DNA of 33,739 nt from a virus (taxonomy: Duplodnaviria > Caudoviricetes): positions 1 to 33,739 of IMG/VR virus record IMGVR_UViG_3300017914_001820; one strand, 5' to 3'. The notes under the pieces are model-generated. The model had not been told where the DNA came from, made no database searches, and saw nothing but the letters and a program-made list of their open reading frames with translations. Positions 1 to 8,878 of the stretch are shown piece by piece. Numbering within the stretch: the stretch's first letter is position 1; every line of letters begins with the position of its first letter. The translations under genes were made by a program, and so were the position numbers.

Positions 1-3000
1 GCAGATGCAAGCAGAACTGCAGGCACATATACAATAGGTGCAGAGGATTATACAACTGAATACTTTGGAAAAGACGCAACATTTACAGTTGTAGTAGATG
101 CTACAGGCGCCGTTACAAGCATTACCGTAGACAATGCAGGTCAAGATTTCCAAGCAAACGAAATTATTACTATTGAAGATGCTAATCTAGGCGGTGGTGG
201 CGCAGAAGACTATTCCTTTAGTGTGGCAACTGTTCCAAACGGTATACAATATGTAAATCCGTTGACCAACGAAGTAGATGGATATTTCGGTTATCATTAC
301 TTGCTAAAGCCTGATTCTTTGAAAGATATCGGTGCAGGTTATACCAATGTAGGTGATTGGGATACGGCTGCACTTGTTTTTGAAGATAACAGAGAATTCA
401 TCCAAGAGCAGGTAGTAAACTACGTAGAAACTACATATCCTGCTCTAATAGGTTCTGACGGATACTCCAGAGTTAAATGTTCAAGAGACACAGGGCTTAT
501 TGTTGACGCTCTTGTAAAAGATTTGCGTAATGGCAGTAATGAATTTGCACTAGAAGCACAAGGCGAATATTACGCAGGAGCTGTCAAAGCTGGGACAGAA
601 ACTGAAACTGTAGCAGGTATTGAACACATTTATACAATTGGTGCAAAACTTATATTAGGCGAAGCACCTACAACATTATACGGACCTGGCGGAGCAACAC
701 CTATCCGTCCAGGCAATCCTGGTGAAAATTTAGATGAAGATTATGATTTGTTTAATGGAAGTGCTGAACCAGCAGTTTGGGAATCAGACGAATTATACCG
801 TGTAGGCAATGTAGTCAAATTTACATTTGCTGGAGTTGATAGATATTATCAAGTTACAATAGAACATACTTCTGGGGCAAATTTTGACGCAGCTGAAATT
901 GCTGCATACTGGAAAGAAATTGACGGTCCTGATACAGTTATCAATAACCTAATCGACACAGTTAAATTTGCGTTTGATGATGACTATAACCCTCCATTAA
1001 GAAACGATCAAATGGATGTATTCTTAATGAACGATGCTACAATCATCCGTAACATCACAGGACAAGGACACGGTGGCTTCCAAATGGTACTAGATCCAGA
1101 AGGACAAGTACTTACTAAATCTCCATACTGTCAAACTGGTACAGGTTTTGCTGCAAGTGCAAATAAGCAAGCATTTAGAGGCGGCTTATTTGTTGATGCG
1201 TTTGTAGGTAACAGTGCAGTTCGTGTAGAATCTCTAGAAGATGGCGATCCATTTATACTAAACATAGAAAGTTTAGGTAGTCAAAGCGAACCACAGGGTT
1301 TATTTGTTCGCAGACCTGAAACACCTTGTTCATTCTATATAGACGGTAGACGATTCCAAGTAAATGCTGTTAAGAATTATGATCCAGACTTTGGTACTGC
1401 TACAATTATTCTTGACAGAAGCTCAAACGATGGTGACGGATTTACAGGCGTTACATCATCTTTGTCCACTGGGGTTGACCTTGACGATTTGAGCAGCCCG
1501 ATACCAATTACATTACAGACTGCTGGTAACAGATCGATTTTAGGTAATGACTTTACACAGATCAATGATTTAGGTTACGGGCTTGTTGCTGTGAATGGTG
1601 CATTGTCAGAAATGGTTAGTATGTTTACATACTACTGTTGGACAAGTTATTATGCTAAGAACGGTTCGGAAATTAGATCACTGACAGGTTCTTCCTGTTA
1701 TGGTGAATATGGTCTTGTTGCTGAAGGCAGTGACCCTAATGAAATTCCTGACAGTATGCAACTAGATCAAGACATGGTCGAAGGTGCAAAAGCATTTACT
1801 GCTGATGTTATATTGACATTAACTGATGCGCAAATTATCAGTGCAGGAGAAGTTCTTACACAAGCAAGTACAGGTGCAGAAGGTACAGTGTCTATTGATA
1901 CTGCTGATAACGCTGACTCCACAGAATCTACAGACGGTAGTAGAGTTATCTATCTGACCAATGTTACAGGCGCTTTTGATACAACCAATACATTAACAGG
2001 CGATACTCTAGGAGCACTTGGAGCAGGCAGTGTGCCAACAGATGTTGATAGCACAGGTTATACAAACGCAGAAGAAGACTTATTCTTACATGCGTATGAC
2101 TTTAAAGAAAATCCATCTAATAGATCAGAGTTTGATATCTATCATTCAGCTGGGCCAACTTTTGCTAGATATGAAGTTGCAAGTGCAGCACTAGCTGGTC
2201 ATACTGTCGGACAGTATAAAGAAGTTGGTACAACGATTTCATACACACAAACAGCGGCAGCGCCAAGCGCAACAGGTGCTATCTTTAGTATTAATAAAAC
2301 AATAGATGGCGGCTACGAAGCAATTATTACCAATGGCGGTGATGATTATACCGTAGGAGATACATTTGAAGTATCTGGTGCGGATCTAGGTGGTAAGTCA
2401 CCAGATAACGATTGTACTATAACTGTAAGAGCACATGATAGTGCAGGTATCATTACTGAAGTACATGCACAAGGTGATATTTGGATTGAAGCAAGTACAC
2501 CAATGTTTGACGGTAGAGTATTCAAATTAAACTTTACAACAAGCGATTCTAATTACAGTACCAATGGTCTACAAGAAGATGTATCCTGGGGCACAAACAT
2601 TCAATATAGAAGAAACTCAACACACATATTGAATGATTTGGCTCGTCCTGATACACTAAGTATACGTCCTTCAACTGCTGTAATATTTAAAGAGAATCCA
2701 GATTTTGTATATCGCTCGATCAGTTTCTTGAACAGTGATAGTATAGGTACAGATCTAGATACAGGTGTCCTACAAGCAGGTTTTGATTCTGGCTACGACT
2801 ATATCCGCATGTTAGTAAAATCAGATAAAGCACAAGAAGCAGCTTTGTCAGGATCTGGTACTACAAAAGGTGGAACAGCAGGAGACGTAGTATTAGCGGT
2901 ACAAGCAACACTTGATAGCAATGAAATATTTAGACTTAATAATAACCTAAGAACTCCTGCATCAAATAGACCTACTGGCTGGACAACTGATACTCTTGTA

Positions 3001-5640
3001 GAAGCACCTATCTTTACATGGGATGGTAAGAAACATTATGTGTTCAATGCTAGAGGTGTTGATGATTCAGATAATGTAGTTGCTATTGCAGAAGATAATG
3101 AATATATTATTGTTGACATTGTAGACATTGAAACAATTAACCAAACAGATGCAACAGGTATACACAGTCCAGTAGTATTAGGTAGTCTTACTGTCAATTT
3201 ACGAGCTGGATTGAAAGCAGGTGCAGAAGGTGATGTAACAATTAACATTTCAACCTGTCGTGCTACATCGCATGACTTCCTAGATGTTGGTACAGGCGGA
3301 TTTAACGATTCAAACTATCCAAATGTTATCTTTGGTGAGCCAAGCGAGAAAAACCAAGCTAACGAAGTAGACGAACGTACAAAAGGGCGTGTGTTCTACG
3401 TAAGTACCGATCAAAATGGTGTGTTCCGAGTTGGTAAATTCTTTAGTGTTGACCAAGGTACAGGCACTGTAACATTTAGTGCTAGTATTGCTCTTTCAGA
3501 TGTTGACGGACTAGGGTTCAAGCGTGGTGTTGTTATTACAGAATTCTCAACGGATACTGCAATGACAGATAATGCTGCTGATACTGTTCCTACAGAACTT
3601 GCTGTACGTGGATATGTAAACAGACGCTTAGGTTACGATGTAAACGGTAATGCTGTTGCAAACAAATTAGGACCAGGTGTATTGGCTCCAAACGGTGCTG
3701 TGCCTATGACGGATGACCTAAACGCAGCAGGCAATACAATTACTAACTTAGGTACTCCTACTTCGGATTCAGATGCTGCAACAAAAGCATATGTTGACGG
3801 CGGCAGAGGTGATCAGGATGAGATTAAAGATCTACGCAGCGTAACCTATAACGAAGATAGAATAGTAGAAGGACAATTCTTAGTAAGCACCGAATACAAA
3901 AAGTTAATTGTAGATGCTGGTAGTATTGTTAGTGGACCATATGAACGTGGCGATACAATAACAGGTACTATTACAGGCGCAACTGGTACTATTGTTGATG
4001 TTATTTCGCGCACAGGTGTAGAAGGAGATATTATCGAAATTATCTATACACCAGTCAGTGGCGACTTTAGTGATGGTAAGCCAATTGGTAGTTCACCTGA
4101 CCCAGATGTTATACAGGTTATAGGCGGAGCAGAAGCAACTTGTATTGACGGTCCAATCGATGAATGGGCAAATGGTATCATTAATCCAAACAGTGATATT
4201 ACCATAGATACAAATAGACTATCAAGTGACGGATTCGTTGCAGACAGATATACAACACTTAACTTCCAGTACAAAGCTGGTAGTATTGTAAATAGTGATA
4301 TAAGTGCTTCTGCTAATATTGCACAAAGTAAACTAAATCTAAATGCTGCAACTACAAGAATGGATGCTGTTGCTATTAGCCAAAGTGACTTAGGCAGTTC
4401 TAGCTTTGATAGTGATATATTCACTGTTACTAATGGTTGGGTATCTATTAACAACGGACAACTTGATCTAAGAAAAATACAACGTGTAAGTGATGGAACT
4501 GTTCTTGGTAATTGGAGCGGAGATAGTTCGGACAATGATATTGATGAAGTTCCATTTAGCACAGTAATTTCCGAAGGTGGGGGCATTACGGATGCAGACT
4601 TCCCAGCTTCTAGTATAGTTGCAGATTCAGCAGATCCTGGAGAAGCACTAATCAAAACAGGCGAAGGAACATACGGTTTAAGTAATGTTACAGTAACAGG
4701 TGAAGTTAACAGTATTATAAAAACTGACGATGCAGGAAGTATTCAAGTTAACTCGCTAATATTAGGTGGTGATTCTTCATACGAAGTACTAAACTTAGAT
4801 ACAACTACATTAGTGTTTAAGACACCTGCTCAGGGTGAAATACTTAGAGCAGTTGGTACTACAGGTGCAGTAAATGCAGGACCAGATATTGAGATTCCAG
4901 GTGCTGTAAATATTGGTAGTACAGGAGTTACAGAAAGTACATTACACAATACTTCAAACTTTAATGGCGAGCCAGCTCTTGCAGTTGATTGGATATACAG
5001 TTCCTTTATAGAAGCACCAGGTGAAAAAGGTTCAGCTTCTACTGGTATTGCAATTGGTGCTAACACTGGTAAAACTACACTTGGACAAGTAGGTATTGTA
5101 ACAGCAGATACTGCAACAAGTTCTAGCTTTGTGCCATTTATCTTTAGCTCTTCAGGAGCATTACCAGACGTAGATAATACATACGATATTGGTAGTGCAA
5201 CACTAAAGTATAAAGATATCTATGCAACACTGTTTAGAGGTACTGCAACTGAATCATATTATGCTGACTTGGCAGAAAATTATTTAGGTGATGCAGATTA
5301 CGAACCAGGAACTGTTCTAGTATTTGGTGGAGATGCAGAAGTTACAGTAACAAACACCAAAGGCGATCATAGAGCAGCCGGCGTAGTTACAACAAATCCT
5401 GCACACTTAATGAATAGCGAACTAGAAGGTGACAATGTAACAGGTATTGCACTGCAAGGTAGAGTACCATGTAAAGTAATAGGATCTGTACAAAAAGGCG
5501 ACATGCTTGTTACAAGTGCAATTCCAGGATATGCTATTGTTGACAACAATCCTAGAGTAGGTACTGTGCTTGGTAAAGCTCTAGAAACAAAAACAGACGA
5601 CGATAGAGGCGTTGTTGAAATAGTAGTAGGAAAGCACTAA
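1..5640 (+). CDS. Very large tail fibre/virion structural protein, 5'-truncated, with C-terminal Peptidase_G2-like intramolecular chaperone domain
   Basis: Frame 1 is open from base 1, so the GTG at 223 is not the true start. The protein is G/T/D-rich with fibre motifs (ITNLGTPTSDSDAATKAYVD; PDVDNTYDIGSATLKYKDIYA). It ends in ADLAENY...PGTVLVFGG...GVVTTNPAHLMN...IALQGRVPCKVIG..QKGDMLVTS..PGYA. Confidence 0.8.
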   Translation, partial: ADASRTAGTYTIGAEDYTTEYFGKDATFTVVVDATGAVTSITVDNAGQDFQANEIITIEDANLGGGGAEDYSFSVATVPNGIQYVNPLTNEVDGYFGYHYLLKPDSLKDIGAGYTNVGDWDTAALVFEDNREFIQEQVVNYVETTYPALIGSDGYSRVKCSRDTGLIVDALVKDLRNGSNEFALEAQGEYYAGAVKAGTETETVAGIEHIYTIGAKLILGEAPTTLYGPGGATPIRPGNPGENLDEDYDLFNGSAEPAVWESDELYRVGNVVKFTFAGVDRYYQVTIEHTSGANFDAAEIAAYWKEIDGPDTVINNLIDTVKFAFDDDYNPPLRNDQMDVFLMNDATIIRNITGQGHGGFQMVLDPEGQVLTKSPYCQTGTGFAASANKQAFRGGLFVDAFVGNSAVRVESLEDGDPFILNIESLGSQSEPQGLFVRRPETPCSFYIDGRRFQVNAVKNYDPDFGTATIILDRSSNDGDGFTGVTSSLSTGVDLDDLSSPIPITLQTAGNRSILGNDFTQINDLGYGLVAVNGALSEMVSMFTYYCWTSYYAKNGSEIRSLTGSSCYGEYGLVAEGSDPNEIPDSMQLDQDMVEGAKAFTADVILTLTDAQIISAGEVLTQASTGAEGTVSIDTADNADSTESTDGSRVIYLTNVTGAFDTTNTLTGDTLGALGAGSVPTDVDSTGYTNAEEDLFLHAYDFKENPSNRSEFDIYHSAGPTFARYEVASAALAGHTVGQYKEVGTTISYTQTAAAPSATGAIFSINKTIDGGYEAIITNGGDDYTVGDTFEVSGADLGGKSPDNDCTITVRAHDSAGIITEVHAQGDIWIEASTPMFDGRVFKLNFTTSDSNYSTNGLQEDVSWGTNIQYRRNSTHILNDLARPDTLSIRPSTAVIFKENPDFVYRSISFLNSDSIGTDLDTGVLQAGFDSGYDYIRMLVKSDKAQEAALSGSGTTKGGTAGDVVLAVQATLDSNEIFRLNNNLRTPASNRPTGWTTDTLVEAPIFTWDGKKHYVFNARGVDDSDNVVAIAEDNEYIIVDIVDIETINQTDATGIHSPVVLGSLTVNLRAGLKAGAEGDVTINISTCRATSHDFLDVGTGGFNDSNYPNVIFGEPSEKNQANEVDERTKGRVFYVSTDQNGVFRVGKFFSVDQGTGTVTFSASIALSDVDGLGFKRGVVITEFSTDTAMTDNAADTVPTELAVRGYVNRRLGYDVNGNAVANKLGPGVLAPNGAVPMTDDLNAAGNTITNLGTPTSDSDAATKAYVDGGRGDQDEIKDLRSVTYNEDRIVEGQFLVSTEYKKLIVDAGSIVSGPYERGDTITGTITGATGTIVDVISRTGVEGDIIEIIYTPVSGDFSDGKPIGSSPDPDVIQVIGGAEATCIDGPIDEWANGIINPNSDITIDTNRLSSDGFVADRYTTLNFQYKAGSIVNSDISASANIAQSKLNLNAATTRMDAVAISQSDLGSSSFDSDIFTVTNGWVSINNGQLDLRKIQRVSDGTVLGNWSGDSSDNDIDEVPFSTVISEGGGITDADFPASSIVADSADPGEALIKTGEGTYGLSNVTVTGEVNSIIKTDDAGSIQVNSLILGGDSSYEVLNLDTTTLVFKTPAQGEILRAVGTTGAVNAGPDIEIPGAVNIGSTGVTESTLHNTSNFNGEPALAVDWIYSSFIEAPGEKGSASTGIAIGANTGKTTLGQVGIVTADTATSSSFVPFIFSSSGALPDVDNTYDIGSATLKYKDIYATLFRGTATESYYADLAENYLGDADYEPGTVLVFGGDAEVTVTNTKGDHRAAGVVTTNPAHLMNSELEGDNVTGIALQGRVPCKVIGSVQKGDMLVTSAIPGYAIVDNNPRVGTVLGKALETKTDDDRGVVEIVVGKH

Positions 5641-5792
5641 TGGATAAACCTAAGATAGAAAAACTAGTTAAATCAAATAAAATGAAAGCTAGTAGTGATA
5701 CAAAAAATCCGCAGGAGCGTCAAGCGGTTCTGCAAAACAACATTCTTAGAATAAGAGTACAAGGAGCACCTAATGGCAAGACAAACAATTAA
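5640..5792 (+). CDS. Small basic hypothetical protein (50 aa; not in ORF track)
   Basis: ATG overlaps the upstream stop (TAATG) with AGGA upstream. It fills an otherwise empty gap. Sequence MDKPKIEKLVKSNKMKASSDTKNPQERQAVLQNNILRIRVQGAPNGKTNN. Confidence 0.5.
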   Translation: MDKPKIEKLVKSNKMKASSDTKNPQERQAVLQNNILRIRVQGAPNGKTNN

Positions 5793-6309
5793 TATTGGGA
5801 CTAGTGCAAACAAAGGTGATGGTGATCCTTTACGCACTGCATTTGACAAAGTTAATGATAACTTTGCTGAATTGTATGCAGGCCAAAATACAGATCCTTC
5901 TAGCACAGGTGCAAGTCTTATACCAGACGAAGATGGAACAAGAGATTTAGGTAGTTCTACAAAACGATGGGGCGACATTCACGTAAGAGATTTCATATAC
6001 CTTAATGAAGCAAGAATTGAAGTTGACGGCAATGGCGTCCTATTAGTAAACGGCAGCACAGCTAGCCAACGTGCAGATTTGATAGGTGATATTTTTGGAC
6101 AGGATAGTACAAAGGTATTCAACTCAGATACAAATACCTTTTTTGGTAACTTTATAGGTAGTGTATTTGCAGATGACAGTACAGTAATTATTGACGGAGT
6201 AAGTGGCGACATTCCAGGATATGTTAAGATAGAAGATTTAAAAACAGCTCTACAAGAAAGTCCCGGAGACTTTGATGCGTTTAAGTCTTGGGTATTAGCA
6301 AATTTATAA
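5773..6309 (+). CDS. Virion structural protein with T4 gp10/gp9-like N-terminal segment
   Basis: AAGGAG RBS. MARQTINIGTSANKGDGDPLRTAFDKVNDNFAELY resembles the T4 gp10 N-terminus. Carries a GSVFADDS repeat. Confidence 0.7.
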   Translation: MARQTINIGTSANKGDGDPLRTAFDKVNDNFAELYAGQNTDPSSTGASLIPDEDGTRDLGSSTKRWGDIHVRDFIYLNEARIEVDGNGVLLVNGSTASQRADLIGDIFGQDSTKVFNSDTNTFFGNFIGSVFADDSTVIIDGVSGDIPGYVKIEDLKTALQESPGDFDAFKSWVLANL

Positions 6310-6315
6310 TAAATA
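6310..6315 (+). promoter_or_regulatory. Putative T4-like late promoter (TAAATA)
   Basis: aaTAAATAtataaagtaatagga lies directly upstream of the 6339 start. The motif recurs in most intergenic gaps. Confidence 0.6.
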
Positions 6316-6338
6316 TATAAAGTAATAGGATTTAGAGA

Positions 6339-8852
6339 ATGGCGAATAGATTTCCACTGGTAATTGACACAACAGACGGTAATAAACTTGCAGAATTATC
6401 GGCGGGAGACAATCTGGATCTACGGGAAAACAGCATTGTACGTGTGCAAGATGTAACAGCACTAGGTACAATCAATGCTGCTGACATACGTGTTAACGGA
6501 AATAGATTAGAAGCACAAACATTTATTGATCTAACAGATACTCCTGATAACTTTGTTGATGCAGCAAATAAATTTGTCAAAGTCAATTCAACAGGTGATG
6601 CTTTAGAATTTAGACCATTCAGTGATATTGGTAATATTGAAGTTGAAGAAATTGAAGTATCTACTAGGATTGTACCTGATGCAGCTGGTACAGTAAATAT
6701 TGGTACTGACGATTTATATTTCGATAGAGTTGTTGCTAACGAGTTTAAGGGCGATTTAATTGCAGGTAATGACAGTAGAGTATTTAATGCTGCTACTGGC
6801 AAGATAAGTTATGCTGCACTAGAAGGTGCTCCTACTAATGTTTCGGAATTTACGAACGATATAGGATACATGCTTACTGAGGATCTTGATACGACTCTTG
6901 CAGCATTGTTTGACGAAGGTGAAGTATTTTCCACAGATATCAAAGGTAGCGTATTCGGAGACGATAGTAGTGTTATTATTGACGGTGTAGCAAGCGAAGT
7001 TATTGGTGTGATTAATAACAACACTATTACTACTGTCAATTTGACTGCAACTAATAGCACAGCTACTACAAGCACTGCAAATACATTTAGAGGCACGGAT
7101 AGCGCAGATGTTGCAATTGAAGCACAAGGCGATTACAATGTAAACATTGGACAAAACAATACTGGCAAGACTGTAATCTTTAACGGTGAAGCAGATGACT
7201 TTGGATTTGAAGGCGGTACTGGTATTGCAGAATTTAGTGCAGCAAGCGATTTGATTTTCCGTGCAGGAAACAGAATTAAGTTTGCAGACACAGTTGTAAG
7301 GTTATCGCAATTTACAGGCACTGATGCAGGTTACATTGTAGGACAAAACGGTGATGTAATTTACAATACCACAACTAATAAAGTTGAATTTTTTGAAGAT
7401 GGCGATTGGGTAGCACTGAACAGTGGTTCATTTGAAGGTAACATTAGTGTTTCTACAGGACAGTCAGACTTTAACGATGTTGTGATTGCAGGCGACTTAA
7501 CAGTAAGCGGCACAACAACCACTGTAGATACAGAAAACACAACAATAAGCGATAACGTAATTGTTCTAAACAATGGTGAAACTGGAGCAGGTGTAACTGA
7601 TACAACTTCTGGTATAGAAATTGATAGAGGCACAGAAACTAATGTTACATTTGTTTGGGATGATAGCTCAGATAAATGGACACTAGGTACACAAACACTA
7701 GTAGCAGCAACATTTGAAGGTGCTTTGACAGGAAACGTGACAGGAAACCTAAGCGGTGATGTTACAAGCACAGGAACAAGTTCACTTGCTACAGTTACAA
7801 TAAGTGGTAACACAACTGCAACAGGAACTGTAACTTCTTCGGGCGGATTTATTGGTAATGTCACAGGTGCTGTTACAGGCGATGTTGTAGGTAGTGTGTT
7901 TGCTGATAACAGTTCGGTATTAGTAGATGCAACAAATGGAACAATTCCAGCAGCAAACTTAACTGGAAGTGCAACTATTGATGTAACTGGTAGTTTAATA
8001 GGTAATGTAACATGCGATGTTACAGGTGATGTCACAGGTAATGTTGACGGTAATGTTACAGGCGATGTACAAGGTAGCGTATTTGGTGATGACAGTACTG
8101 TTATTGTTGATGCAGTAAACAATACATTAAATGGAAACCTAACTGGCAACGTTACAGGTAACATAGATCAAGCTACACTAACTGTAGGTGCTACGTCTGC
8201 AACTGCAATTACATTAGGTAATTCGGGTGCAACAACAACTGTAGCAGGAACGGTAGACTTAACTAGTGCTATATTTGAAGGTAACTTTACTGCTGATGAC
8301 AGCATAACATTTAGAACACAAGGTAATACTGCCAATGAAGCTATTAGTATAGGTCCACAAGGTACTGGCAATACAATTAACCTCACAGCATCAAACATTA
8401 GATTCTTTGGACCAATTACTACTAATTTAAACGCACAAGGTGGTGTCACAGGTGATTTGAAAGGAAGTGTTGTATCGGATGATAGTACAGTTATTATCGA
8501 CGGTGTAAGTGGCACTGTATTCAAAGCAAACGTAGAAGACAGTGCTAATTGGGACACAGCTTATAGTTGGGGCGATCATAGCACAGCAGGCTACATACAA
8601 AATGGTGAATCATTTACTGGTGATGTTAGTGGTTCAATATTTTCTGATGATAGTAGTATAATGGTTAATGCTGTAGACTTTACCATGTTTACAGATGTAA
8701 TGAATCTTACACCGTTGAACGCAGAACCCACACCTGCTGTAAACGGAATGTTAGTAGCAGCAGACGGAACATCATGGGATCCTGCAAGCAAATCAGGATC
8801 AGTTAGTTATCCAGTATACTATGACGGCACAGCGTGGAATGCTTTATATTAA
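6339..8852 (+). CDS. Tail fibre-like protein with GxVTG and GSVFxDDS repeats
   Basis: 837 aa. Runs of (G-N/D-V/L-T) tetrapeptides and five GD(L/V)xGSVFxDDSxVxxD repeats. Located in the structural module. Confidence 0.7.
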   Translation: MANRFPLVIDTTDGNKLAELSAGDNLDLRENSIVRVQDVTALGTINAADIRVNGNRLEAQTFIDLTDTPDNFVDAANKFVKVNSTGDALEFRPFSDIGNIEVEEIEVSTRIVPDAAGTVNIGTDDLYFDRVVANEFKGDLIAGNDSRVFNAATGKISYAALEGAPTNVSEFTNDIGYMLTEDLDTTLAALFDEGEVFSTDIKGSVFGDDSSVIIDGVASEVIGVINNNTITTVNLTATNSTATTSTANTFRGTDSADVAIEAQGDYNVNIGQNNTGKTVIFNGEADDFGFEGGTGIAEFSAASDLIFRAGNRIKFADTVVRLSQFTGTDAGYIVGQNGDVIYNTTTNKVEFFEDGDWVALNSGSFEGNISVSTGQSDFNDVVIAGDLTVSGTTTTVDTENTTISDNVIVLNNGETGAGVTDTTSGIEIDRGTETNVTFVWDDSSDKWTLGTQTLVAATFEGALTGNVTGNLSGDVTSTGTSSLATVTISGNTTATGTVTSSGGFIGNVTGAVTGDVVGSVFADNSSVLVDATNGTIPAANLTGSATIDVTGSLIGNVTCDVTGDVTGNVDGNVTGDVQGSVFGDDSTVIVDAVNNTLNGNLTGNVTGNIDQATLTVGATSATAITLGNSGATTTVAGTVDLTSAIFEGNFTADDSITFRTQGNTANEAISIGPQGTGNTINLTASNIRFFGPITTNLNAQGGVTGDLKGSVVSDDSTVIIDGVSGTVFKANVEDSANWDTAYSWGDHSTAGYIQNGESFTGDVSGSIFSDDSSIMVNAVDFTMFTDVMNLTPLNAEPTPAVNGMLVAADGTSWDPASKSGSVSYPVYYDGTAWNALY

Positions 8853-8858
8853 TAAATA
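8853..8858 (+). promoter_or_regulatory. Putative late promoter (TAAATA)
   Basis: aaTAAATAtataaaatagga, nearly identical to the 6310 element. Confidence 0.6.
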
Positions 8859-8878
8859 TATAAAATAGGAAAAAACAA

